A DNA stretch of 64,000 bases from an uncultured Eubacteriales bacterium. Lineage in GTDB: Bacteria > Bacillota > Clostridia > Oscillospirales > Acutalibacteraceae. The translations under genes were made by a program, and so were the position numbers. The notes beneath the pieces were generated by a model. It was not told the origin of the DNA. It did not search any database and was given only the letters and a program-made list of their open reading frames with translations. Below are positions 32,558-40,246 of this stretch, in pieces (position 1 is the stretch's first letter; the number at the start of each line of letters is the position of its first letter). Location of the stretch: assembly GCA_958417225.1 (NCBI GenBank), contig CATZCM010000003.1, forward strand, positions 13,433 to 77,432. Reading direction: 5' to 3'.

Positions 32558-33808
32558 TTAATCTCTCTGGAAAATATCCCTCGTATAAACCTTGTCCTTC
32601 ACATCATCCAGACACTTGTCATAACGGTTTGCGATTATGGCCTGACTCTGCTTTTTGAATTCATCCAAGTCATTAACAACCTTGCTGCCAAAGAAAGTAT
32701 CGCCATCTTTCAAGGTCAGCTCGTAGATAATGACCATTGCGCCTTTTGCCTTGATGCGCTTCATAACGCCTTGAATAGAGCTCTGGCGGAAGTTATCGCT
32801 GTTGCTCTTCATGGTAAGGCGATAAACGCCAACAACAACTTCCTTTTCCTTGCTCTCATCCCAGCTGTCATTCGCTTCATAAGCACCTGCGATTTCCAGT
32901 ACACGATCAGCGATGAAATCTTTACGAGTTCTGTTGCTCTCAACAATCGCTTCAATCAAGTTCTCCGGCACATCTGCGTAGTTGGCCAGCAACTGTTTAG
33001 TGTCTTTCGGCAGACAGTATCCGCCATAGCCAAAGGACGGATTGTTATAGTGAGTACCAATACGAGGATCAAAACAAACACCGTTGATGATCTGCTGAGT
33101 ATTCAGCCCCTTTATCTCAGCATAGGTATCGAGTTCGTTAAAATAGCTGACACGCAGAGCCAGATAGGTGTTGGCGAACAGCTTAACTGCCTCTGCCTCG
33201 GTGAAGCCCATGAATAGAGTGTCGATATGCTCCTTAATTGCACCCTCCTGCAGAAGTTCTGCAAAAGTGTGTGCGGCATTCACCAGACGAGCATTATTCA
33301 CATCAGTGCCAACGATAATACGGGAAGGATAAAGATTATCGTACAGCGCTTTGCTCTCACGAAGGAATTCCGGGCTGAAGATGATGTTGTCACAGTGGAA
33401 TTTCTCACGAACACTTACAGTGTAGCCAACCGGAATCGTAGACTTGATAACTATGATCGCTTCCGGATTGTACTCAATAACCAGCTTGATCACAGATTCC
33501 ACCGCACTGGTGTCGAAAAAGTTCTTCTTGCTATCGTAGTTGGTAGGTGCAGCAATTACGACAAAATCAGCATCACTGTACGCTTCCTTCGCATCAAGGG
33601 TAGCCGTTAAGTCCAGTTCTTTTTCTGCCAGATACTTTTCGATACATTCGTCCTGAATCGGAGACTTTTTATTATTGATAAGTTCAACTTTCTCAGGAAT
33701 GATATCTACAGCCGTCACCTTATGGTGCCGAGACAACAACGTAGCAATGGAAAGGCCAACATAACCCGTACCAGCTACCGCAATTTTCAAATCTTTAAAA
33801 TCTTTCAT
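32558..33808 (-). CDS. ugd: UDP-glucose 6-dehydrogenase
   Basis: 416 aa. [20 protein letters not shown].., catalytic region ..[14 protein letters not shown]... Confidence 0.9.
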   Translation of the reverse strand: MKDFKDLKIAVAGTGYVGLSIATLLSRHHKVTAVDIIPEKVELINNKKSPIQDECIEKYLAEKELDLTATLDAKEAYSDADFVVIAAPTNYDSKKNFFDTSAVESVIKLVIEYNPEAIIVIKSTIPVGYTVSVREKFHCDNIIFSPEFLRESKALYDNLYPSRIIVGTDVNNARLVNAAHTFAELLQEGAIKEHIDTLFMGFTEAEAVKLFANTYLALRVSYFNELDTYAEIKGLNTQQIINGVCFDPRIGTHYNNPSFGYGGYCLPKDTKQLLANYADVPENLIEAIVESNRTRKDFIADRVLEIAGAYEANDSWDESKEKEVVVGVYRLTMKSNSDNFRQSSIQGVMKRIKAKGAMVIIYELTLKDGDTFFGSKVVNDLDEFKKQSQAIIANRYDKCLDDVKDKVYTRDIFQRD

Positions 33809-33829
33809 TTTTCTAACCCTCTATTTTCC

Positions 33830-34879
33830 TTATTTGTAAAACTCAGCGTACCACTCAGCGAACTTTCTTAATCCAGTTCTCAGGCTTGTGCTCGGTTTGT
33901 AACCGAAGTCACGTTCCAGTGCACTGGTGTCTGCATAGGTCACAGGCACATCACTCGGCTGCATCGGAACCAATTCCTTGTGAGCCTCGAAGTCATAATC
34001 TTCCGGCAGAACCTTAGCACGGACCAGTTCTTCAGAAAGAATCTGTACGAAGTCCAACAGGTTCCCCGGATTCTGGTTACCAATGTTGTAAACGGAATAC
34101 GGCGGAATCGGCAGACCATCCTCGCCGTTCTTCTTGTCTGGGGCTTTTTTCATCACACGGACAACACCCTCAACAATATCGTCCACATAAGTAAAGTCAC
34201 GCTTGCAGTTGCCGTAGTTGAAGATCTTGATGGTCTCCCCTTTCACCAGCTTGTTGGTGAAGCCAAAGTAAGCCATGTCAGGACGGCCTGCCGGACCATA
34301 CACGGTAAAGAAACGCAGACCGGTAGAAGGAATGTTGTACAGTTTTGAGTAGGCGTGAGCCATCAGCTCATTAGATTTCTTGGTGGCTGCATAAAGAGAA
34401 ACCGGATTATCCACCTTGTCTTCAGTGCTATACGGGACTTTCTTGTTGGAACCATAAACAGAAGAAGAAGAGGCATAAACCAGATGTTCCAGATTCTCAC
34501 TACGGCGACAGGCTTCTAGAATATTGAAAAAGCCGACCAAGTTGGATTCCACATAAGCATCCGGGTTGGTGATGGAGTAGCGCACACCAGGCTGTGCCGC
34601 AAGGTTGACGACCACAGACGGCTTGTACTTCTCGAACAGCTCGGTGACCAGTGCCTTGTCAGCAATGTTGCCTTTGATAAAGGTAAACATGGGATACTTG
34701 GCCAGTTCGTTCAGACGGAACTCTTTCAGCACCACGTCGTAGTATGCATTCATGTTGTCGATACCGATAACTGTAGCAGAAGGTGCTTCCTGATAAATTC
34801 GTTTCACAAGGTTAGAGCCAATAAATCCGGCTGCGCCTGTGACTAAAATTGTTTTGTTTTCCAAAGATACAGTGCTCAT
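33830..34879 (-). CDS. NAD-dependent epimerase, UDP-glucuronate 4-epimerase type
   Basis: ..ILVTGAAGFIGSNL.., YASSSSVYG, YAATKK. Strongly resembles Cap1J/LpsL/Gla-type UDP-GlcA 4-epimerases and is adjacent to ugd. Start set to ATG 34879 (GAGG 9 nt upstream). Confidence 0.8.
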   Translation of the reverse strand: MSTVSLENKTILVTGAAGFIGSNLVKRIYQEAPSATVIGIDNMNAYYDVVLKEFRLNELAKYPMFTFIKGNIADKALVTELFEKYKPSVVVNLAAQPGVRYSITNPDAYVESNLVGFFNILEACRRSENLEHLVYASSSSVYGSNKKVPYSTEDKVDNPVSLYAATKKSNELMAHAYSKLYNIPSTGLRFFTVYGPAGRPDMAYFGFTNKLVKGETIKIFNYGNCKRDFTYVDDIVEGVVRVMKKAPDKKNGEDGLPIPPYSVYNIGNQNPGNLLDFVQILSEELVRAKVLPEDYDFEAHKELVPMQPSDVPVTYADTSALERDFGYKPSTSLRTGLRKFAEWYAEFYK

Positions 34880-34905
34880 TTTTATTTTCCTCACTCATAT
34901 ATCTA

Positions 34906-35561
34906 TTTATTGTTCTTTAAACACGTCTTCATACTGTCCGCAAATTTTATCCCATGTGTATTCTTCTGCCACACGCTTCTCTGCTCTCCAACCCATCTCT
35001 GCAATTTCATCTGCGCTCATTTGAACAGATAGCAAGGCCGCAATATTTGACCATCATCTGCCCAGAAATCTTCCAGTATTTCCGAATTGGTGCGGACCAC
35101 TTCGCTCTCATCCACTCATGTCCATCCGGATTCAAGTACACAGTACCGCCCAGTTTATGGATTTCTTTGTAGAAATGAGAGGCAAAGGGTCCGATGTGAC
35201 ATGTCATTATGTAGACAATCGGATGAGGAATATGATTTTTCTTAATATGCTCGCAGCACACTTTCAGTGCAGTAACATCATAATAAATTGCCTGTGCAGG
35301 CCCAATTTGAGGAACATCTATTTTGAAACAGTGGGCATTGTGGAGTTCAATTTCGTGGTCGTTGATCTTTGTCACGCCTCTAAACTCGTTCTCATCCATA
35401 CAGCCATCTCCATTGGCTTTACAGGCAACATGATATTTGATGTTCTCTTTATTCTGGTGATACTCCGTGAGCTTATAAACGAACGTTTCATAACCGCCAT
35501 ATGCTCCGAGGCTTTTTGCGCCCACAAGATATATATGCTGCACTTCTTTTTTTGAATTCAT
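34906..35561 (-). pseudogene. DUF1972/GT4 rhamnosyltransferase-like glycosyltransferase with a large internal deletion
   Basis: N-terminus MNSKKEVQHIYLVGAKSLGAYGGYETFVYKL...GTVYLNPDGHEWMRAKW...MMVKY is the DUF1972 half. The ORF stops at 35007. In another frame it is followed by only the last ~35 residues of a GT4 domain (..SADEIAEMGWRAEKRVAEEYTWDKICGQYEDVFKEQ*). From memory, homologs are roughly twice this length. Confidence 0.7.
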
Positions 35562-35885
35562 TCCTCTATTCCATCCTCACTACTCATGTTTTCTATTATC
35601 TCAATGCCATAAATCAGACCTCATTCCAGTTTCCAGCAACTTTTTATCCTCAGATTTTAATGCCTATTATCACTGCAGCACCGACAAGATACACATGCTG
35701 CACTTCTTTTTTTGAATCCATTCCTCTATTCAATCCTCATTCTTCGTGTTTTGTTTTATCTCATTACCGTAAACCAGACCTCAATCATAGTTCCAGCAGA
35801 TTTTATCCCCTAAATTTTCGTGTCTATTATCACTGCGGCTCCCACCAAAAATACGTGTTGCACTTCGTTTTACTGCCACATTTTT
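35517..35885 (-). repeat. Tandem ~157-160-bp repeat (2 full copies plus 1 partial), each carrying the RBS/5' end of the DUF1972 glycosyltransferase gene
   Basis: Copies start at 35517, 35674 and 35834 (tgcgcccacaagatatatatgctgcacttc / tgcagcaccgacaagatacacatgctgcacttc / tgcggctcccaccaaaaatacgtgttgcacttc). On the minus strand they encode MNSKKEVQHIYLVGA.., MDSKKEVQHVYLVGAAVIIGIKI*, and a degraded ..NEVQHVFLVGAAVIIDTKI*. Confidence 0.85.
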
Positions 35886-36491
35886 CTACCTCTGTATTCT
35901 TGCATCCTTTAGTCCCAGCCATTTCTGATCCTTATCGCTCAAACTTAATGGCGTCCCATCTTCCAAAAAGTAACCTTCAACACTTGCGTTACCCTTATAT
36001 TCACCTTTAAGTTCCGGCCACTCTACACCAATAATAGGATCATTCCAAGCTAGACCACTTTCATCACCGGGGTGATAAAAGTCTGTACACTTATAACAAA
36101 ACTCTGCAACATCGGACAAAACCAAGAACCCATGAGCAAAACCCTCTGGGATATAAAACTGTTTGTGATTTTCTTCAGACAGTTCAACCCCAAACCACTC
36201 ACCATAAGTTTTACTACTTTGCCTAAGATCAACGGCCACATCAAAAACACAACCTTTAATCACTCGAACCAATTTACCCTGTGGAAATTGTTTTTGAAAA
36301 TGCAATCCACGAAGCACACCTTTTGAGCTCATACTCTGATTATCCTGCACAAACACCATATCAAGACCAGCTTCGTGCATATCATTTTGGTTATACGTCT
36401 CAATAAAGTACCCACGATTATCATGATGGACAGTTGGTTCGATCACACAAAGCCCATCAATAGGGCATCTAGTTACTTTAATCTGTCCCAT
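35886..36491 (-). CDS. rfbC: dTDP-4-dehydrorhamnose 3,5-epimerase
   Basis: ..DNRGYFIETYN...GVLRGLHFQ....QGKLVRV..G.VFDVAVDLR..S.TYG.W... Confidence 0.9.
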   Translation of the reverse strand: MGQIKVTRCPIDGLCVIEPTVHHDNRGYFIETYNQNDMHEAGLDMVFVQDNQSMSSKGVLRGLHFQKQFPQGKLVRVIKGCVFDVAVDLRQSSKTYGEWFGVELSEENHKQFYIPEGFAHGFLVLSDVAEFCYKCTDFYHPGDESGLAWNDPIIGVEWPELKGEYKGNASVEGYFLEDGTPLSLSDKDQKWLGLKDARIQR

Positions 36492-37386
36492 AACGCACCT
36501 GCAATTCTTTCAAATATCGTCCCAGTGCATCCTGCCAAATCGGAAGCGGTGTAAAACCTGCCTCCACTAGTTTGCTCTTGTCCAGACGACTATTAAACGG
36601 ACGAACAGCCTTACTCTGACCATACTCTGTTGTAGTCACTGGCAACACTCTAGTGGTGTATCCCGCCTGATTGAATATTTCACGGGCAAAGTCGTACCAA
36701 CTAATGTATCCGCCCTCATTTGTAGCATGGAAATAACCATATTTATTTGATTCAGCCATGTCAACCAATAATCTTGCAAGGTCAAAAGTATACGTAGGCG
36801 TTCCAATCTGATCATTTACTACTTGGAGTGTCACATGATTTTTACCTGCATCAAGCATGGTTTTGATAAAATTATTTCCATTTTTGCCAAACACCCACGC
36901 AACACGCACAATGAAGTATTTTTCTAAATTTCTAGCAACTGCAAACTCCCCATCAAGTTTACTTTTACCATAAACATTTAGTGGATTGTAATCCTTGCAA
37001 TCTGGATCCCATGGTTTTGTACCATGTCCGTCAAAAACATAATCAGTTGAAATGTAAATCATTTTGCAGTCTAAACTCTTACATGCACTAGAAATATTCT
37101 CTGTACCATCAACATTGATTGCACGAACTTTCTCTAAATTTTCGATGTCCTCAGCAGCATCAACCGCAGTCCACGCCGCACAGTGAATAACCACATCTGG
37201 ACAAATTTTTTTAAGAGTCCACAAAACTGCAGCCCTGTTAGTAATATCCAACCTCTCATACTGATTTTGAAATGCATCACATTTTTCCGTTATATCAGAC
37301 CCGATTGCTTCATGCCCTCGTTTCAGAAGTTCATTCATCACATCATATCCCAGCTGTCCACCGGCTCCAGTTACAAAGATTTTCAT
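36478..37386 (-). CDS. rfbD: dTDP-4-dehydrorhamnose reductase
   Basis: MKIFVTGAGGQLG.., ..STDYVFDG.., YGKSKL. Lies between rfbB and rfbC. Confidence 0.9.
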   Translation of the reverse strand: MKIFVTGAGGQLGYDVMNELLKRGHEAIGSDITEKCDAFQNQYERLDITNRAAVLWTLKKICPDVVIHCAAWTAVDAAEDIENLEKVRAINVDGTENISSACKSLDCKMIYISTDYVFDGHGTKPWDPDCKDYNPLNVYGKSKLDGEFAVARNLEKYFIVRVAWVFGKNGNNFIKTMLDAGKNHVTLQVVNDQIGTPTYTFDLARLLVDMAESNKYGYFHATNEGGYISWYDFAREIFNQAGYTTRVLPVTTTEYGQSKAVRPFNSRLDKSKLVEAGFTPLPIWQDALGRYLKELQVRYGTD

Positions 37387-37397
37387 CTTATCCTCCT

Positions 37398-38417
37398 TTA
37401 GCGGTTGCTGTACATTTTATCGTAGTAGTTCTGATACTCGCCACTAATGATGGTTTCCCACCACTTACGATTGTCGAGATACCACTGAATGGTCTTCTTG
37501 ATACCGTCCTCGAACTTGATTTCTGGAAACCAGCCCATTTCATTGTGAATCTTGGTCGGGTCGATGGCATAACGCATATCATGCCCTTTACGATCCCTCA
37601 CATGTGTAATCAGCGATTCCGGTTTATCAAGCTCCTTACAGATGATTTTCACGATTTCAATATTCTGCTTTTCATTGTGGCCACCGACATTATAAACTTC
37701 ACCAACACGTCCCTTATGTATAATCAAGTCAATAGCCTTACAATGGTCTTCAACATACAGCCAATCACGAACATTCAATCCTTCACCATAAACCGGTAAT
37801 GGCTTATTCGCCAGGGCATTTACAATCATCAGTGGAATCAACTTTTCCGGAAAATGATATGGTCCATAATTATTTGAGCAACGACTGATCGTTACCGGCA
37901 ATCCGTATGTCCTGTGATATGCAAGCACTAACAAATCTGCACCGGCCTTTGAACTGCTATACGGTGAACTCGTATGAATTGGAGTACTTTCTGTAAAAAA
38001 TAAGTCTTTTCGATCAAGCGGCAAATCACCGTAAACTTCATCCGTAGAGACCTGATGATAGCGTTTTATGCCATACTTTCGACAAGCATCCATTAACGTT
38101 ACCGTTCCGATTATATTGGTCTGAAGAAAAATCCCTGGATCTTCAATTGATCTATCAACATGACTTTCCGCAGCAAAATTCACTACAACATCGGGATGTT
38201 CCTCCTCAAACAACTTATTTACTGTATCACGATCACATATATCAGCTTTTACAAAACGAAAGTTTGGATTACTCATCACTGGTTCTAAAGTAGATAAATT
38301 TCCTGCATATGTAAGCTTGTCCAAACATACTACACGGTCATTCGGGTAATTTTTCAGCATGTAAAACACAAAATTCGATCCGATGAATCCTGCTCCTCCT
38401 GTTACAATAAATGTCAC
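37398..38417 (-). CDS. rfbB: dTDP-glucose 4,6-dehydratase
   Basis: ..IVTGGAGFIGSNFV.., ..STDEVYG.., YSSSKA. Confidence 0.92.
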   Translation of the reverse strand: MTFIVTGGAGFIGSNFVFYMLKNYPNDRVVCLDKLTYAGNLSTLEPVMSNPNFRFVKADICDRDTVNKLFEEEHPDVVVNFAAESHVDRSIEDPGIFLQTNIIGTVTLMDACRKYGIKRYHQVSTDEVYGDLPLDRKDLFFTESTPIHTSSPYSSSKAGADLLVLAYHRTYGLPVTISRCSNNYGPYHFPEKLIPLMIVNALANKPLPVYGEGLNVRDWLYVEDHCKAIDLIIHKGRVGEVYNVGGHNEKQNIEIVKIICKELDKPESLITHVRDRKGHDMRYAIDPTKIHNEMGWFPEIKFEDGIKKTIQWYLDNRKWWETIISGEYQNYYDKMYSNR

Positions 38418-38421
38418 TTTC

Positions 38422-39342
38422 TCACCCCCCTCTCCAGATTCCTAATTCATTAGTTTTATCTATATACTTACCGTCCAAAACATCCTTAATATACTGACCA
38501 TACTGATTTTTTTTCATAGTTTCATACACTTTGTACAATTCAGATTTACTAATCCAGCCATTCGAGTACGCAATCTCCTCCAAACACGCTATCTTACGGT
38601 GTTGATGAGTTTCGATTGTCTTGACAAAATTGGTCGCTTCTACTAAACTTTCATGAGTCCCCGTATCAAGCCATGTAAAACCTTGTCCTAGAAGTTCAAC
38701 ATTTAATTCACAATTCTCAAGGTAAATACGATTCAAATCTGTTATCTCAAATTCACCACGAGCTGACGGTTTTAATTTTTTTGCATACTCCACTACACGA
38801 TTATCGTAAAAATACAAACCAGTCACACAATAATTACTTTTTGGAAAGTTCGGTTTCTCTTCGATTGATATCGCTTTCCCAGCACTGTCGAACTCCACAA
38901 TACCAAATCGTTCTGGATCATCCACATAGTATCCAAACACAGTTGCTCCCTTACCCGATTCAGAATTACAAACAGCTGCATTTAAGCGTTTATTCAAACC
39001 ATTTCCCGCAAATATGTTGTCACCAAGAATCATTGCTACCGTGTCTCTCCCAATGAAATCTGCACCTATCACGAAAGCTTGTGCCAATCCATCCGGTGAC
39101 GGTTGAACTGCGTATTGAAGATTCACTCCAAATTGACTTCCATTTCCCAACAACTCCTTAAACCTTGGTGTATCTTGCGGTGTAGAAATTATAAGTATAT
39201 CTCGTATTCCCGCATTCATAAGAACAGACATTGGATAATATATCATTGGCTTATCATATATCGGTAAAAGTTGCTTACTAGTTACTCTAGTTAATGGATA
39301 CAACCTTGTCCCTGATCCTCCTGCTAATATGATACCCTTCAT
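38422..39342 (-). CDS. rfbA: Glucose-1-phosphate thymidylyltransferase
   Basis: [37 protein letters not shown]... Start set to ATG 39342. Confidence 0.92.
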   Translation of the reverse strand: MKGIILAGGSGTRLYPLTRVTSKQLLPIYDKPMIYYPMSVLMNAGIRDILIISTPQDTPRFKELLGNGSQFGVNLQYAVQPSPDGLAQAFVIGADFIGRDTVAMILGDNIFAGNGLNKRLNAAVCNSESGKGATVFGYYVDDPERFGIVEFDSAGKAISIEEKPNFPKSNYCVTGLYFYDNRVVEYAKKLKPSARGEFEITDLNRIYLENCELNVELLGQGFTWLDTGTHESLVEATNFVKTIETHQHRKIACLEEIAYSNGWISKSELYKVYETMKKNQYGQYIKDVLDGKYIDKTNELGIWRGG

Positions 39343-39375
39343 TAATCTTGTCACCTCACACGAAATCCTCACCAA

Positions 39376-39405
39376 TTTATAAAATCATCTTTATAACACA
39401 ATCAA
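39376..39405 (-). promoter_or_regulatory. Weak/moderate promoter candidate directly upstream of rfbA
   Basis: Minus strand TTGATT (39405-39400), 18 nt, TATAAA (39381-39376). The -35 overlaps the left inverted repeat. Confidence 0.35.
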
Positions 39406-39430
39406 GTCGCAAATCATAATCTTTTGCGAC
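39404..39430. repeat. Left copy of a perfect 27-nt inverted repeat (itself a hairpin, 8-10 bp arms)
   Basis: aagtcgcaaatcataatcttttgcgac is the exact reverse complement of 39800-39826. The arms GTCGCAAA/TTTGCGAC are palindromic, but the 9-nt centre (tcataatct vs agattatga) shows the two copies are inverted, not direct. Confidence 0.9.
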
Positions 39431-39477
39431 TTATGGTTTTAACTTCGCATACAGTGTGGGGTTGGATAATTTTCTTG

Positions 39478-39517
39478 CGAAAAATCTGACGGCAAATGCT
39501 ATAAAATTGCCGTCAGA
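39478..39517 (-). terminator. Rho-independent terminator (minus strand) inside the IR-flanked segment
   Basis: 11-bp perfect stem TCTGACGGCAA / TTGCCGTCAGA (39485-39495 / 39507-39517), followed on the minus strand by TTTTTCGC. Confidence 0.65.
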
Positions 39518-39759
39518 AAATTCTGGAAATTAAAATTGAGTTATGAACGTTCAAACATAAAAAGAATGCGTCCTTGAGCCAAAAACACAGATTTTTTACA
39601 TAAAACACATTAATTTGAAAAGTGATCAAAAAAATTAACATAAATCTTTTCAAAAAGAGTCGATAAAACTCCTTGTAAATTTCATTTTGATTGTGATACG
39701 ATGCTGTGATATGTGATTTTAACTATTGTGCCGAAAAAAAACTTTTTTTTGTATTTTAC

Positions 39760-39788
39760 TTGACTTATCCTTTTTATGAATATATAAT
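39760..39788 (+). promoter_or_regulatory. Near-consensus sigma-A promoter pointing rightwards (away from rfbA)
   Basis: TTGACT (39760-39765), 17-nt spacer, TATAAT (39783-39788). The predicted start, about 39795, is only a few nt before the right inverted repeat. Confidence 0.7.
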
Positions 39789-39799
39789 ATTAATTGTGT

Positions 39800-39826
39800 G
39801 TCGCAAAAGATTATGATTTGCGACTT
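39800..39826. repeat. Right copy of the 27-nt inverted repeat
   Basis: gtcgcaaaagattatgatttgcgactt is the reverse complement of 39404-39430. Confidence 0.9.
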
Positions 39827-39831
39827 TTTTT
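39800..39831 (+). terminator. Plus-strand intrinsic terminator formed by the right repeat hairpin plus T7
   Basis: Hairpin GTCGCAAA-agattatga-TTTGCGAC is followed immediately by TTTTTTT (39825-39831). The left copy lacks such a T run in the corresponding orientation. Confidence 0.6.
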
Positions 39832-39839
39832 ATTTCACC

Positions 39840-39883
39840 TTAAAGCCCCGTTATATGCGGTTTTGCATATAACGGGGCTTTAA
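39840..39883. other. Perfect 19-bp stem / 6-nt loop hairpin
   Basis: ttaaagccccgttatatgc-ggtttt-gcatataacggggctttaa. No clean U-tract on either side. Function unclear; it may be a bidirectional transcription barrier. Confidence 0.6.
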
Positions 39884-39910
39884 AATTAAATTACGTATAC
39901 TTTCAATTTC

Positions 39911-39948
39911 AAAAAAAAATAGCTGCAAGACATAAATCTATACAGCTA
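39911..39948 (-). terminator. Rho-independent terminator after the small peptide gene
   Basis: Minus strand TAGCTGTA...TTGCAGCTA (6-8 bp stem) followed by T9, about 30 nt after the stop at 39977. Confidence 0.6.
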
Positions 39949-39976
39949 AAACAATTAATACAAACTCACTGAAAAT

Positions 39977-40228
39977 TTAAGATAATCGATTACTCAAACC
40001 ACAATAAATAAGTGGAATATTTTCTTCTCCACGAATATTTTTCATATGTTTACAAAACTGGCAATCATTTTTCATCGCCTTTAGTTCTTCTGAAGAATAG
40101 TCATTTCCCAGTGAATCTTTCAAAAATTTCGCATCAAAGCTATCGCAATAGCAAGAACCTAGTGGATCAATTAACTTATAAACGCCACCATTTACACTCA
40201 CTTCGTCATTATTTTCAACTTTCAACAT
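39977..40228 (-). CDS. 83-aa Cys-rich peptide with a double-glycine-type leader (candidate exported peptide/bacteriocin precursor)
   Basis: ATG 40228 is preceded by GGAGAGGG (5-6 nt spacing), 18 nt after the ABC gene stop. Sequence is MLKVENNDEVSVNGG/VYKLIDPLGSCYCDSFDAKFLKDSLGNDYSSEELKAMKNDCQFCKHMKNIRGEENIPLIYCGLSNRLS. It is co-oriented with a C39-peptidase ABC exporter. I recognise no family. Confidence 0.6.
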   Translation of the reverse strand: MLKVENNDEVSVNGGVYKLIDPLGSCYCDSFDAKFLKDSLGNDYSSEELKAMKNDCQFCKHMKNIRGEENIPLIYCGLSNRLS

Positions 40229-40246
40229 CCATTCCCTCTCCTTCAA

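Noticed and set aside
35501-36010. Plus-strand ORF 35501..36010 (169 aa) spanning the tandem stubs.
   Set aside because: It runs antisense through the repeat array and the rfbC 3' end. The repeats are explained by minus-strand glycosyltransferase 5' ends.
39404-39826. The IR-flanked 423-bp unit as a MITE or IS remnant.
   Set aside because: No target-site duplication flanks the repeats (..acaatc | ..tttttt). There is no transposase remnant inside, and I saw no other copies in the window. It cannot be fully excluded without the whole genome.
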